Source of the DNA: the human T2T-CHM13v2.0 reference genome, Homo sapiens
Assembly: GCF_009914755.1 (NCBI RefSeq)
Contig: NC_060928.1
Direction: 5' to 3' (one strand)
Length of the DNA: 64,000 nt
A program made the translations under genes and the position numbers. Positions 9,309-23,545 of the stretch are shown here, piece after piece (positions within the stretch are counted from its first letter, which is position 1; each line of letters starts with the position of its first letter). The notes under the pieces were generated by a model. The model made no database searches and had not been told where the DNA came from. It saw only the letters and a list, made by a program, of their open reading frames with translations.

Positions 9309-12300
9309 TCTCAGTGGAAGTACCGACCCACACGTAGGGGTGCACACACACACGCACACACACAGACACACACATAACTACACCCAGAAGCGCGCACGTA
9401 AACACACACACACCCACACAAACACGAACACCGTCAATCCTACATAAACTAATGAGGAGCCCAAGTTTCTGTCTCTACAACAGGGACAACTGGATAGTGA
9501 TGGCTACATCTCAGGATGAGCCCGCATATGGGAAACATCAAGTTTTGGGGTCGTGAGTCTTCCGAACGTCTGGAGGGACTGTCTGAGTGTTTGTGTTCAT
9601 GATAGGCGACATTCAGTGTGTATTTCTGAATATGACCTACCGACGTGTAGGTTTGCGTGTGAGGTAATTGCAGGGGACTCGGTTTCGTATTTTCTCTTGG
9701 GGTGTGTTTCATTCGTCAGTTGTTGGTCGGCATGAGAAGGTGAAAGGTGGCTCATGTGGGACATCCGTGGATCATTCTCGCCACCTTGAATAGTGGAAAC
9801 TGGAATGCATTTGGAAGAGAAGAACGGTGCTCTTCTTTCTTCCCCGGGCTCGCCGTTTTTACACTGGTTCCTGAATGGACCTCAGGCGCCCTGGGACTTG
9901 TGCTCTTGCTGGAACCCACATAACGCCGGAAGCGGACAGACCGACTTGCCTGTTTCACGGTGCCCGCTTCCCATGAGTCGAAACGGAAAATTTTCCCACG
10001 GGCATGTAAGTCATCTGGAAGTAAGCTGTATTGATAATAAAGGAAAGCAAACACAGGAGTGTGTGTATTCAACTGAAATAAATTCAGAAAGCCCTGAAAT
10101 CAATCTCACTGGGTGTGTTTAAAAATGGCATTTGGGGAATTTCTGGGTCATTTGTCCAGCTGCGAAAGCTGCATCTCTGAAGCACAGTCCCTGTCCCGCA
10201 GTGAGACTTATTTATCCGACGTGGTGTTTCCGTGGAAATGATTGTGGGAAATGGCCCCTTCCTTTTCTCTATTTGCTGATTAGACTTCATGGTCCCTTTC
10301 TCGTCAGGTACAGTGATCAAAGTTGACCAACCCCAGAGGAAAGCTGCCCAGGGCACAACTCAGGGCTCCGTAGAACCACAGAATCTTGGGCGCAACCCTG
10401 CTCAAGCACCCAAATGTGCATACGAACAGGGTCTCCGTGTGACGTGTGTGAAAACTACAGTGTGATGAGCATGACTGGCAGACAGCTTATCGATTGGGCT
10501 CCCCTCAAAATCGGTTATGAGCATTCAAGCACACCGATGCCCAGGTCCCGGCTGCAGGAATAAGACCCTCCAGGGTCTTGTGTGAAGCCTCGGCATCTGC
10601 ATTGCTCATGCTTCTGGGGATCATTCTCCTGAAAATGGTGGCTCCTTTCTCCCTGTGGAGCATCTTTCTAAGCAGTGCTCTTTTCTTCCCCCAGGACACT
10701 TTACATCCGGCACAGGAAGCCTTCTGATGGAGCACACCTGGCCCATGAAAAGGCAAGGGAAAGAAACGGGGCCAAAGGTCACAGTCCTCTCATCCCATCA
10801 TCCTCCTTAAAATCATCCTAATTTCATGGGCCCTGAAGCCAGGGCTGTTTCTTTACACCTAGAGGCCTTGGCTCCGGGCCTCAATTCCGCCCTGTTCCTT
10901 ACCGTCTAAGACATGTTGGGAAAATCCCTAGAGCCAGGATCTTCATTCCCGCTAAGCCAGACAGCCGGAAGACACACCCAAATTCTGTCCCTCTTACTTC
11001 AGGGAACATGTCCACTTTCGGCAGCATTACAATTTTGGCACCAAATGTGCTAACTGCAATTCCACCATACAATGCGTAACTGGAAATGGAGGCAACATCT
11101 CCGATCCTGAACGATCGATGCGAGAATCCAGGATATGCACGGCTTATTTTGGCCTTTTCCCACTGAAACAAGGGCCAGTATTAAAAATGGCACGCTATCC
11201 TCTGTTTCACTCCCTGCTTTTAAACGTCTCCGATGTTTCTCCCTGAGACAGGGCCTCACTTCCGTCAGCCGGGCTTTTCTACGGTATAATTTTCCTTGTT
11301 TGCTTTTGTCCAAATTAGAACTTTTTATTTCATCTCTAGGAAACGTTGATCCATTATCACATACGTATGGAAATATTATCACACGTGCTGTGAGATACGT
11401 TGTTTTTATTTTCATCAATTCCTTAATAAACAAAAGGTTATAGCTGGGATACCTTCTGAGTTCTCAAGTTTTTTGTTTCGTGTTTTCTTAAACTGCCGTC
11501 GCACGTCCGAAACCGCTCACTATGCAGTGTCATGACCGTCTCTCTTTTCTGGCAAACATAAATTTGGGGATTGTCATCAATTAGTCTCTCGGGGATTGCA
11601 TGATTTCCCCAAAGGCTTTCACAGTCTACTTTGTGCACTGAGTATCTCTTCAAACTTCAGTGCATGTTTCTACCATTTGATGCTTTCTTATTTGGCAATC
11701 TAGCTTCCACAAGAGCATTTCATGCAAAGACTTGTCTTGTTCTCCACTGGCAGGTAATTTCACTCGGACAGAGAATCAATAGGCTCAACGTGGAAAGGTT
11801 ATCGCTGGAAGGTCTGTTTGATTCCACGGATCTCTCCTTTCTCACTAGGGAAGAAAATACGCTGTGCTAAATACTATACTTCATTGACTATTCTCAGGTC
11901 AGAAAGCGCACTTTCTACTTCTTGTCCTTCCGTCGCGGAGAGGATGATGGCAGCTGCCAAAAGTACCTACTTGGAGGTTCATCCCAGCACAAACACACAC
12001 ACACACACGCCCCCCCACACACACGCACAAACACACTCACACACACACACGCACACGGTTTCCTAGGTAAAGATTTCTTCCCTGCCATTGCTTTACCTAA
12101 AATAAGGCAACTGTGAGGCCGCTGTCCCAACCCGGTTACACTCCTATTATATGTGCCTATCATCCTGAGGAGTAATTTGATTCAGGTGTTCTGGAAGTCA
12201 TGCTGTGGGCTGTGTCTGTTGAATTCCCAGCGATGCCAGGGGACACACCCTGTGACTCCTTCCTGAATTGAGTGCTGATATTTGATTGGCTTATCGCGCA

Positions 12301-12461
12301 CCTGATGAGTGGGTGGGGTGTTCGCGGTTGGTGGGGGTGACTTACAGAAGGGCTGATGCGGCCAGAGAGCTCGTCATTTGAAGACTCTCTCGGAAGGGAT
12401 AGCGTCTTTCTGCAACCTGCGGTCCCAGCAGACAAACCTTGTGATCCTCGTTCCAGTCGAC

Positions 12462-14054
12462 ATGGAGGACGACTCACTCTACTTGGGAGGTGAGTGGCAG
12501 TTCAACCACTTTTCAAAACTCACATCTTCTCGGCCCGATGCAGCTTTTGCTGAAATCCAGCGGACTTCTCTCCCTGAGAAGTCACCACTCTCATGTGAGA
12601 CCCGTGTCGACCTCTGTGATGATTTGGCTCCTGTGGCAAGACAGCTTGCTCCCAGGGAGAAGCTTCCTCTGAGTAGCAGGAGACCTGCTGCGGTGGGGGC
12701 TGGGCTCCAGAATATGGGAAATACCTGCTACGTGAACGCTTCCTTGCAGTGCCTGACATACACACCGCCCCTTGCCAACTACATGCTGTCCCGGGAGCAC
12801 TCTCAAACGTGTCATCGTCACAAGGGCTGCATGCTCTGTACTATGCAAGCTCACATCACACGGGCCCTCCACAATCCTGGCCACGTCATCCAGCCCTCAC
12901 AGGCATTGGCTGCTGGCTTCCATAGAGGCAAGCAGGAAGATGCCCATGAATTTCTCATGTTCACTGTGGATGCCATGAAAAAGGCATGCCTTCCCGGGCA
13001 CAAGCAGGTAGATCATCACTCTAAGGACACCACCCTCATCCACCAAATATTTGGAGGCTACTGGAGATCTCAAATCAAGTGTCTCCACTGCCACGGCATT
13101 TCAGACACTTTTGACCCTTACCTGGACATCGCCCTGGATATCCAGGCAGCTCAGAGTGTCCAGCAAGCTTTGGAACAGTTGGTGAAGCCCGAAGAACTCA
13201 ATGGAGAGAATGCCTATCATTGTGGTGTTTGTCTCCAGAGGGCGCCGGCCTCCAAGACGTTAACTTTACACACCTCTGCCAAGGTCCTCATCCTTGTATT
13301 GAAGAGATTCTCCGATGTCACAGGCAACAAGATTGCCAAGAATGTGCAATATCCTGAGTGCCTTGACATGCAGCCATACATGTCTCAGCAGAACACAGGA
13401 CCTCTCGTCTATGTCCTCTATGCTGTGCTGGTCCACGCTGGGTGGAGTTGTCACAACGGACATTACTTCTCTTATGTCAAAGCTCAAGAAGGCCAGTGGT
13501 ATAAAATGGATGATGCCGAGGTCACCGCCTCTAGCATCACTTCTGTCCTGAGTCAACAGGCCTACGTCCTCTTTTACATCCAGAAGAGTGAATGGGAAAG
13601 ACACAGTGAGAGTGTGTCAAGAGGCAGGGAACCAAGAGCCCTTGGCGCAGAAGACACAGACAGGCGAGCAACGCAAGGAGAGCTCAAGAGAGACCACCCC
13701 TGCCTCCAGGCCCCCGAGTTGGACGAGCACTTGGTGGAAAGAGCCACTCAGGAAAGCACCTTAGACCACTGGAAATTCCTTCAAGAGCAAAACAAAACGA
13801 AGCCTGAGTTCAACGTCAGAAAAGTCGAAGGTACCCTGCCTCCCGACGTACTTGTGATTCATCAATCAAAATACAAGTGTGGGATGAAGAACCATCATCC
13901 TGAACAGCAAAGCTCCCTGCTAAACCTCTCTTCGACGACCCCGACACATCAGGAGTCCATGAACACTGGCACACTCGCTTCCCTGCGAGGGAGGGTCAGG
14001 AGATCCAAAGGGAAGAACAAACACAGCAAGAGGGCTCTGCTTGTGTGCCAGTGA
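12462..14054 (+). CDS. USP17L: USP17-like copy 3, 530 aa, A512V
   Basis: Intact ORF; GCC>GTC at 13995-13997 in the basic C-terminal tail. Confidence 0.96.
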   Translation: MEDDSLYLGGEWQFNHFSKLTSSRPDAAFAEIQRTSLPEKSPLSCETRVDLCDDLAPVARQLAPREKLPLSSRRPAAVGAGLQNMGNTCYVNASLQCLTYTPPLANYMLSREHSQTCHRHKGCMLCTMQAHITRALHNPGHVIQPSQALAAGFHRGKQEDAHEFLMFTVDAMKKACLPGHKQVDHHSKDTTLIHQIFGGYWRSQIKCLHCHGISDTFDPYLDIALDIQAAQSVQQALEQLVKPEELNGENAYHCGVCLQRAPASKTLTLHTSAKVLILVLKRFSDVTGNKIAKNVQYPECLDMQPYMSQQNTGPLVYVLYAVLVHAGWSCHNGHYFSYVKAQEGQWYKMDDAEVTASSITSVLSQQAYVLFYIQKSEWERHSESVSRGREPRALGAEDTDRRATQGELKRDHPCLQAPELDEHLVERATQESTLDHWKFLQEQNKTKPEFNVRKVEGTLPPDVLVIHQSKYKCGMKNHHPEQQSSLLNLSSTTPTHQESMNTGTLASLRGRVRRSKGKNKHSKRALLVCQ

Positions 14055-17000
14055 TCTCAGTGGAAGTACCGACCCACACGTAGGGGTGCACACACACACG
14101 CACACACACAGACACACACATAACTACACCCAGAAGCGCGCACGTAAACACACACACACCCACACAAACACGAACACCGTCAATCCTACATAAACTAATG
14201 AGGAGCCCAAGTTTCTGTCTCTACAACAGGGACAACTGGATAGTGATGGCTACATCTCAGGATGAGCCCGCATATGGGAAACATCAAGTTTTGGGGTCGT
14301 GAGTCTTCCGAACCTCTGGAGGGACTGTCTGAGTGTTTGTGTTCATGATAGGCGACATTCAGTGTGTATTTCTGAATATGACCTACCGACGTGTAGGTTT
14401 GCGTGTGAGGTAATTGCAGGGGACTCGGTTTCGTATTTTCTCTTGGGGTGTGTTTCATTCGTCAGTTGTTGGTCGGCATGAGAAGGTGAAATGTGGCTCA
14501 TGTGGGACATCCGTGGATCATTCTCGCCACCTTGAATAGTGGAAGCTGGAATGCATTTGGAAGAGAAGAACGGTGCTCTTCTTTCTTCCCCGGGCTCGCC
14601 GTTTTTACACTGGTTCCTGAATGGACCTCAGGCGCCCTGGGACTTGTGCTCTTGCTGGAACCCACATAACGCCGGAAGCGGACAGACCGACTTGCCTGTT
14701 TCACGGTGCCCGCTTCCCATGAGTCGAAACGGAAAATTTTCCCACGGGCATGTAAGTCATCTGGAAGTAAGCTGTATTGATAAAAAAGGAAAGCAAACAC
14801 AGGAGTGTGTGTATTCAACTGAAATAAATTCAGAAAGCCCTGAAATCAATCTCACTGGGTGTGTTTAAAAATGGCATTTGGGGAATTTCTGGGTCATTTG
14901 TCCAGCTGCGAAAGCTGCATCTCTGAAGCACAGTCCCTGTCCCGCAGTGAGACTTATTTATCCGACGTGGTGTTTCCGTGGAAATGATTGTGGGAAATGG
15001 CCCCTTCCTTTTCTCTATTTGCTGATTAGACTTCATGGTCCCTTTCTCGTCAGGTACAGTGATCAAAGTTGACCAACCCCAGAGGAAAGCTGCCCAGGGC
15101 ACAACTCAGGGCTCCGTAGAACCACAGAATCTTGGGCGCAACCCTGCTCAAGCACCCAAATGTGCATACGAACAGGGTCTCCGTGTGACGTGTGTGAAAA
15201 CTACAGTGTGATGAGCATGACTGGCAGACAGCTTATCGATTGGGCTCCCCTCAAAATCGGTTATGAGCATTCAAGCACACCGATGCCCAGGTCCCGGCTG
15301 CAGGAATAAGACCCTCCAGGGTCTTGTGTGAAGCCTCGGCATCTGCATTGCTCATGCTTCTGGGGATCATTCTCCTGAAAATGGTGGCTCCTTTCTCCCT
15401 GTGGAGCATCTTTCTAAGCAGCGCTCTTTTCTTCCCCCAGGACACTTTACATCCGGCACAGGAAGCCTTCTGATGGAGCACACCTGGCCCATGAAAAGGC
15501 AAGGGAAAGAAACGGGGCCAAAGGTCACAGTCCTCTCATCCCATCATCCTCCTTAAAATCATCCTAATTTCATGGGCCCTGAAGCCAGGGCTGTTTCTTT
15601 ACACCTAGAGGCCTTGGCTCCGGGCCTCAATTCCGCCCTGTTCCTTACCGTCTAAGACATGTTGGGAAAATCCCTAGAGCCAGGATCTTCATTCCCGCTA
15701 AGCCAGACAGCCGGAAGACACACCCAAATTCTGTCCCTCTTACTTCAGGGAACATGTCCACTTTCGGCAGCATTACAATTTTGGCACCAAATGTGCTAAC
15801 TGCAATTCCACCATACAATGCGTAACTGGAAATGGAGGCAACATCTCCGATCCTGAACGATCGATGCGAGAATCCAGGATATGCACGGCTTATTTTGGCC
15901 TTTTCCCACTGAAACAAGGGCCAGTATTAAAAATGGCACGCTATCCTCTGTTTCACTCCCTGCTTTTAAACGTCTCCGATGTTTCTCCCTGAGACAGGGC
16001 CTCACTTCCGTCAGCCGGGCTTTTCCACGGTATAATTTTCCTTGTTTGCTTTTGTCCAAATTAGAACTTTTTATTTCACCTCTAGGAAACGTTGATCCAT
16101 TATCACATACGTATGGAAATATTATCAAACATGCTGTGAGATACGTTGTTTTATTTTCATCAATTCTTTAATAAACAAACGGTTATAGCTGGGATACCTT
16201 CTGAGTTCTCAAGTTTTTTGTTTCGTGTTTTCTTAAACTGCCGTCGCACGTCCGAAACCGCTCACTATGCAGTGTCATGACCGTCTCTCTTTTCTGGCAA
16301 ACATAAATTTGGGGATTGTCATCAATTAGTCTCTCGGGGATTGCATGATTTCCCCAAAGGCTTTCACAGTCTACTTTGTGCACTGAGTATCTCTTCAAAC
16401 TTCAGTGCATGTTTCTACCATTTGATGCTTTCTTATTTGGCAATCTAGCTTCCACAAGAGCATTTCACGCAAAGACATGTCTTGTTCTCCACTGGCAGGT
16501 AATTTCACTCGGACAGAGAATCAATAGGCTCAACGTGGAAAGGTTATCGCTGGAAGGTCTGTTTAATTCCACTGATCTCTCCTTTCTCATTAGGGAAGAA
16601 AATACGCTGTGCTAAATACTATACTTCATTGACTATTCTCAGGTCAGAAAGCGCACTTTCTACTTCTTGTCCTTCCGTCGCGGAGAGGATGATGGCAGCT
16701 GCCAAAAGTACATACTTGGAAGTTCATCCCAGCACAAACACACACACACACACGCCCCCCCACACACACACACAAACACACTCACACACACACACGCACA
16801 CGGTTTCCTAGGTAAAGATTTCTTCCCTGCCATTGCTTTACCTAAAATAAGGCAACTGTGAGGCCGCTGTCCCAACCCGGTTACACTCCTATTATATGTG
16901 CCTATCATCCTGAGGAGTAATTTGATTCAGGTGTTCTGGAAGTCATGCTGTGGGCTGTGTCTGTTGAATTCCCAGCGATGCCAGGGGACACACCCTGTGA

Positions 17001-17206
17001 CTCCTTCCTGAATTGAGTGCTGATATTTGATTGGCTTATCGCGCACCTGATGAGTGGGTGGGGTGTTCGCGGTTGGTGGGGGTGACTTACAGAAGGGCTG
17101 ATGCGGCCAGAGAGCTCGTCATTTGAAGACTCTCTCGGAAGGGATAGCGTCTTTCTGCAACCTGCGGTCCCAGCAGACAAACCTTGTGATCCTCGTTCCA
17201 GTCGAC

Positions 17207-18799
17207 ATGGAGGACGACTCACTCTACTTGGGAGGTGAGTGGCAGTTCAACCACTTTTCAAAACTCACATCTTCTCGGCCAGATGCAGCTTTTGCTGAAA
17301 TCCAGCGGACTTCTCTCCCTGAGAAGTCACCACTCTCATGTGAGACCCGTGTCGACCTCTGTGACGATTTGGCTCCTGTGGCAAGACAGCTTGCTCCCAG
17401 GGAGAAGCTTCCTCTGAGTAGCAGGAGACCTGCTGCGGTGGGGGCTGGGCTCCAGAATATGGGAAATACCTGCTACGTGAACGCTTCCTTGCAGTGCCTG
17501 ACATACACACCGCCCCTTGCCAACTACATGCTGTCCCGGGAGCACTCTCAAACGTGTCATCGTCACAAGGGCTGCATGCTCTGTACTATGCAAGCTCACA
17601 TCACACGGGCCCTCCACAATCCTGGCCACGTCATCCAGCCCTCACAGGCATTGGCTGCTGGCTTCCATAGAGGCAAGCAGGAAGATGCCCATGAATTTCT
17701 CATGTTCACTGTGGATGCCATGAAAAAGGCATGCCTTCCCGGGCACAAGCAGGTAGATCATCACTCTAAGGACACCACCCTCATCCACCAAATATTTGGA
17801 GGCTACTGGAGATCTCAAATCAAGTGTCTCCACTGCCACGGCATTTCAGACACTTTTGACCCTTACCTGGACATCGCCCTGGATATCCAGGCAGCTCAGA
17901 GTGTCCAGCAAGCTTTGGAACAGTTGGTGAAGCCCGAAGAACTCAATGGAGAGAATGCCTATCATTGTGGTGTTTGTCTCCAGAGGGCGTCGGCCTCCAA
18001 GACGTTAACTTTACACACCTCTGCCAAGGTCCTCATCCTTGTATTGAAGAGATTCTCCGATGTCACAGGCAACAAGATTGCCAAGAATGTGCAATATCCT
18101 GAGTGCCTTGACATGCAGCCATACATGTCTCAGCAGAACACAGGACCTCTCGTCTATGTCCTCTATGCTGTGCTGGTCCACGCTGGGTGGAGTTGTCACA
18201 ACGGACATTACTTCTCTTATGTCAAAGCTCAAGAAGGCCAGTGGTATAAAATGGATGATGCCGAGGTCACCGCCTCTAGCATCACTTCTGTCCTGAGTCA
18301 ACAGGCCTACGTCCTCTTTTACATCCAGAAGAGTGAATGGGAAAGACACAGTGAGAGTGTGTCAAGAGGCAGGGAACCAAGAGCCCTTGGCGCAGAAGAC
18401 ACAGACAGGCGAGCAACGCAAGGAGAGCTCAAGAGAGACCACCCCTGCCTCCAGGCCCCCGAGTTGGACGAGCACTTGGTGGAAAGAGCCACTCAGGAAA
18501 GCACCTTAGACCACTGGAAATTCCTTCAAGAGCAAAACAAAACGAAGCCTGAGTTCAACGTCAGAAAAGTCGAAGGTACCCTGCCTCCCGACGTACTTGT
18601 GATTCATCAATCAAAATACAAGTGTGGGATGAAGAACCATCATCCTGAACAGCAAAGCTCCCTGCTAAACCTCTCTTCGACGACACCGACACATCAGGAG
18701 TCCATGAACACTGGCACACTCGCTTCCCTGCGAGGGAGGGCCAGGAGATCCAAAGGGAAGAACAAACACAGCAAGAGGGCTCTGCTTGTGTGCCAGTGA
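17207..18799 (+). CDS. USP17L: USP17-like copy 4, 530 aa, P262S
   Basis: Intact ORF; CCG>TCG at 17990-17992. Confidence 0.96.
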   Translation: MEDDSLYLGGEWQFNHFSKLTSSRPDAAFAEIQRTSLPEKSPLSCETRVDLCDDLAPVARQLAPREKLPLSSRRPAAVGAGLQNMGNTCYVNASLQCLTYTPPLANYMLSREHSQTCHRHKGCMLCTMQAHITRALHNPGHVIQPSQALAAGFHRGKQEDAHEFLMFTVDAMKKACLPGHKQVDHHSKDTTLIHQIFGGYWRSQIKCLHCHGISDTFDPYLDIALDIQAAQSVQQALEQLVKPEELNGENAYHCGVCLQRASASKTLTLHTSAKVLILVLKRFSDVTGNKIAKNVQYPECLDMQPYMSQQNTGPLVYVLYAVLVHAGWSCHNGHYFSYVKAQEGQWYKMDDAEVTASSITSVLSQQAYVLFYIQKSEWERHSESVSRGREPRALGAEDTDRRATQGELKRDHPCLQAPELDEHLVERATQESTLDHWKFLQEQNKTKPEFNVRKVEGTLPPDVLVIHQSKYKCGMKNHHPEQQSSLLNLSSTTPTHQESMNTGTLASLRGRARRSKGKNKHSKRALLVCQ

Positions 18800-21700
18800 T
18801 CTCAGTGGAAGTACCGACCCACACGTAGGGGTGCACACACACACGCACACACACAGACACACACATAACTACACCCAGAAGCGCGCACGCAAACACACAC
18901 ACACCCACACAAACACGAACACCGTCAATCCTACATAAACTAATGAGGAGCCCAAGTTTCTGTCTCTACAACAGGGACAACTGGATAGTGATGGCTACAT
19001 CTCAGGATGAGCCCGCATATGGGAAACATCAAGTTTTGGGGTCGTGAGTCTTCCGAACCTCTGGAGGGACTGTCTGAGTGTTTGTGTTCATGATAGGCGA
19101 CATTCAGTGTGTATTTCTGAATATGACCTACCGACGTGTAGGTTTGCGTGTGAGGTAATTGCAGGGGACTCGGTTTCGTATTTTCTCTTGGGGTGTGTTT
19201 CATTCGTCAGTTGTTGGTCGGCATGAGAAGGTGAAATGTGGCTCATGTGGGACATCCGTGGATCATTCTCGCCACCTTGAATAGTGGAAGCTGGAATGCA
19301 TTTGGAAGAGAAGAACGGTGCTCTTCTTTCTTCCCCGGGCTCGCCGTTTTTACACTGGTTCCTGAATGGACCTCAGGCGCCCTGGGACTTGTGCTCTTGC
19401 TGGAACCCACATAACGCCGGAAGCGGACAGACCGACTTGCCTGTTTCACGGTGCCCGCTTCCCATGAGTCGAAACGGAAAATTTTCCCACGGGCATGTAA
19501 GTCATCTGGAAGTAAGCTGTATTGATAATAAAGGAAAGCAAACACAGGAGTGTGTGTATTCAACTGAAATAAATTCAGAAAGCCCTGAAATCAATCTCAC
19601 TGGGTGTGTTTAAAAATGGCATTTGGGGAATTTCTGGGTCATTTGTCCAGCTGCGAAAGCTGCATCTCTGAAGCACAGTCCCTGTCCCGCAGTGAGACTT
19701 ATTTATCCGACGTGGTGTTTCCGTGGAAATGATTGTGGGAAATGGCCCCTTCCTTTTCTCTATTTGCTGATTAGACTTCATGGTCCCTTTCTCGTCAGGT
19801 ACAGTGATCAAAGTTGACCAACCCCAGAGGAAAGCTGCCCAGGGCACAACTCAGGGCTCCGTAGAACCACAGAATCTTGGGCGCAACCCTGCTCAAGCAC
19901 CCAAATGTGCATACGAACAGGGTCTCCGTGTGACGTGTGTGAAAACTACAGTGTGATGAGCATGACTGGCAGACAGCTTATCGATTGGGCTCCCCTCAAA
20001 ATCGGTTATGAGCATTCAAGCACACCGATGCCCAGGTCCCGGCTGCAGGAATAAGACCCTCCAGGGTCTTGTGTGAAGCCTCGGCATCTGCATTGCTCAT
20101 GCTTCTGGGGATCATTCTCCTGAAAATGGTGGCTCCTTTCTCCCTGTGGAGCATCTTTCTAAGCAGTGCTCTTTTCTTCCCCCAGGACACTTTACATCCG
20201 GCACAGGAAGCCTTCTGATGGAGCACACCTGGCCCATGAAAAGACAAGGGAAAGAAACGGGGCCAAAGGTCACAGTCCTCTCATCCCATCATCCTCCTTA
20301 AAATCATCCTAATTTCATGGGCCCTGAAGCCAGGGCTGTTTCTTTACACCTAGAGGCCTTGGCGCCGGGCCTCAATTCCGCCCTGTTCCTTACCGTCTAA
20401 GACATGTTGGGAAAATCCCTAGAGCCAGGATCTTCATTCCCGCTAAGCCAGACAGCCGGAAGACACACCCAAATTCTGTCCCTCTTACTTCAGGGAACAT
20501 GTCCACTTTCGGCAGCATTACAATTTTGGCACCAAATGTGCTAACTGCAATTCCACCATACAATGCGTAACTGGAAATGGAGGCAACATCTCCGATCCTG
20601 AACGATCGATGCGAGAATCCAGGATATGCACGGCTTATTTTGGCCTTTTCCCACTGAAACAAGGGCCAGTATTAAAAATGGCACGCTATCCTCTGTTTCA
20701 CTCCCTGCTTTTAAACGTCTCCGATGTTTCTCCCTGAGACAGGGCCTCACTTCCGTCAGCCGGGCTTTTCTACGGTATAATTTTCCTTGTTTGCTTTTGT
20801 CCAAATTAGAACTTTTTATTTCATCTCTAGGAAACGTTGATCCATTATCACATACGTATGGAAATATTATCACACATGCTGTGAGATACGTTGTTTTTAT
20901 TTTCATCAATTCCTTAATAAACAAAAGGTTATAGCTGGGATACCTTCTGAGTTCTCAAGTTTTTTGTTTCGTGTTTTCTTAAACTGCCGTCGCACGTCCG
21001 AAACCGCTCACTATGCAGTGTCATGACCGTCTCTCTTTTCTGGCAAACATAAATTTGGGGATTGTCATCAATTAGTCTCTCGGGGATTGCATGATTTCCC
21101 CAAAGGCTTTCACAGTCTACTTTGTGCACTGAGTATCTCTTCAAACTTCAGTGCATGTTTCTACCATTTCATGCTTTCTTATTTGGCAATCTAGCTTCCA
21201 CAAGAGCATTTCATGCAAAGACTTGTCTTGTTCTCCACTGGCAGGTAATTTCACTCGGACAGAGAATCAATAGGCTCAACGTGGAAAGGTTATCGCTGGA
21301 AGGTCTGTTTGATTCCACGGATCTCTCCTTTCTCACTAGGGAAGAAAATACGCTGTGCTAAATACTATACTTCATTGACTATTCTCAGGTCAGAAAGCGC
21401 ACTTTCGACTTCTTGTCCTTCCGTCGCTGAGAGGATGATGGCAGCTGCCAAAAGTACCTACTTGGAGGTTCATCCCAGCACAAACACACACACACACACG
21501 CCCCCCCCCACACACACACAAACACACTCACACACACACACGCACACGGTTTCCTAGGTAAAGATTTCTTCCCTGCCATTGCTTTACCTAAAATAAGGCA
21601 ACTGTGAGGCCGCTGTCCCAACCCGGTTACACTCCTATTATATGTGCCTATCATCCTGAGGAGTAATTTGATTCAGGTGTTCTGGAAGTCATGCTGTGGG

Positions 21701-21952
21701 CTGTGTCTGTTGAATTCCCAGCGATGCCAGGGGACACACCCTGTGACTCCTTCCTGAATTGAGTGCTGATATTTGATTGGCTTATCGCGCACCTGATGAG
21801 TGGGTGGGGTGTTCGCGGTTGGTGGGGGTGACTTACAGAAGGGCTGATGCGGCCAGAGAGCTCGTCATTTGAAGACTCTCTCGGAAGGGATAGCGTCTTT
21901 CTGCAACCTGCGGTCCCAGCAGACAAACCTTGTGATCCTCGTTCCAGTCGAC

Positions 21953-23545
21953 ATGGAGGACGACTCACTCTACTTGGGAGGTGAGTGGCAGTTCAACCAC
22001 TTTTCAAAACTCACATCTTCTCGGCCCGATGCAGCTTTTGCTGAAATCCAGCGGACTTCTCTCCCTGAGAAGTCACCACTCTCATGTGAGACCCGTGTCG
22101 ACCTCTGTGATGATTTGGCTCCTGTGGCAAGACAGCTTGCTCCGAGGGAGAAGCTTCCTCTGAGTAGCAGGAGACCTGCTGCGGTGGGGGCTGGGCTCCA
22201 GAATATGGGAAATACCTGCTACGTGAACGCTTCCTTGCAGTGCCTGACATACACACCGCCCCTTGCCAACTACATGCTGTCCCGGGAGCACTCTCAAACG
22301 TGTCATCGTCACAAGGGCTGCATGCTCTGTACTATGCAAGCTCACATCACACGGGCCCTCCACAATCCTGGCCACGTCATCCAGCCCTCACAGGCATTGG
22401 CTGCTGGCTTCCATAGAGGCAAGCAGGAAGATGCCCATGAATTTCTCATGTTCACTGTGGATGCCATGAAAAAGGCATGCCTTCCCGGGCACAAGCAGGT
22501 AGATCATCACTCTAAGGACACCACCCTCATCCACCAAATATTTGGAGGCTACTGGAGATCTCAAATCAAGTGTCTCCACTGCCACGGCATTTCAGACACT
22601 TTTGACCCTTACCTGGACATCGCCCTGGATATCCAGGCAGCTCAGAGTGTCCAGCAAGCTTTGGAACAGTTGGTGAAGCCCGAAGAACTCAATGGAGAGA
22701 ATGCCTATCATTGTGGTGTTTGTCTCCAGAGGGCGCCGGCCTCCAAGACGTTAACTTTACACACCTCTGCCAAGGTCCTCATCCTTGTATTGAAGAGATT
22801 CTCCGATGTCACAGGCAACAAGATTGCCAAGAATGTGCAATATCCTGAGTGCCTTGACATGCAGCCATACATGTCTCAGCAGAACACAGGACCTCTCGTC
22901 TATGTCCTCTATGCTGTGCTGGTCCACGCTGGGTGGAGTTGTCACAACGGACATTACTTCTCTTATGTCAAAGCTCAAGAAGGCCAGTGGTATAAAATGG
23001 ATGATGCCGAGGTCACCGCCTCTAGCATCACTTCTGTCCTGAGTCAACAGGCCTACGTCCTCTTTTACATCCAGAAGAGTGAATGGGAAAGACACAGTGA
23101 GAGTGTGTCAAGAGGCAGGGAACCAAGAGCCCTTGGCGCAGAAGACACAGACAGGCGAGCAACGCAAGGAGAGCTCAAGAGAGACCACCCCTGCCTCCAG
23201 GCCCCCGAGTTGGACGAGCACTTGGTGGAAAGAGCCACTCAGGAAAGCACCTTAGACCACTGGAAATTCCTTCAAGAGCAAAACAAAACGAAGCCTGAGT
23301 TCAACGTCAGAAAAGTCGAAGGTACCCTGCCTCCCGACGTACTTGTGATTCATCAATCAAAATACAAGTGTGGGATGAAGAACCATCATCCTGAACAGCA
23401 AAGCTCCCTGCTAAACCTCTCTTCGACGACCCCGACACATCAGGAGTCCATGAACACTGGCACACTCGCTTCCCTGCGAGGGAGGGCCAGGAGATCCAAA
23501 GGGAAGAACAAACACAGCAAGAGGGCTCTGCTTGTGTGCCAGTGA
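21953..23545 (+). CDS. USP17L: USP17-like copy 5, 530 aa, consensus protein
   Basis: Intact ORF; only synonymous differences seen. Confidence 0.96.
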   Translation: MEDDSLYLGGEWQFNHFSKLTSSRPDAAFAEIQRTSLPEKSPLSCETRVDLCDDLAPVARQLAPREKLPLSSRRPAAVGAGLQNMGNTCYVNASLQCLTYTPPLANYMLSREHSQTCHRHKGCMLCTMQAHITRALHNPGHVIQPSQALAAGFHRGKQEDAHEFLMFTVDAMKKACLPGHKQVDHHSKDTTLIHQIFGGYWRSQIKCLHCHGISDTFDPYLDIALDIQAAQSVQQALEQLVKPEELNGENAYHCGVCLQRAPASKTLTLHTSAKVLILVLKRFSDVTGNKIAKNVQYPECLDMQPYMSQQNTGPLVYVLYAVLVHAGWSCHNGHYFSYVKAQEGQWYKMDDAEVTASSITSVLSQQAYVLFYIQKSEWERHSESVSRGREPRALGAEDTDRRATQGELKRDHPCLQAPELDEHLVERATQESTLDHWKFLQEQNKTKPEFNVRKVEGTLPPDVLVIHQSKYKCGMKNHHPEQQSSLLNLSSTTPTHQESMNTGTLASLRGRARRSKGKNKHSKRALLVCQ

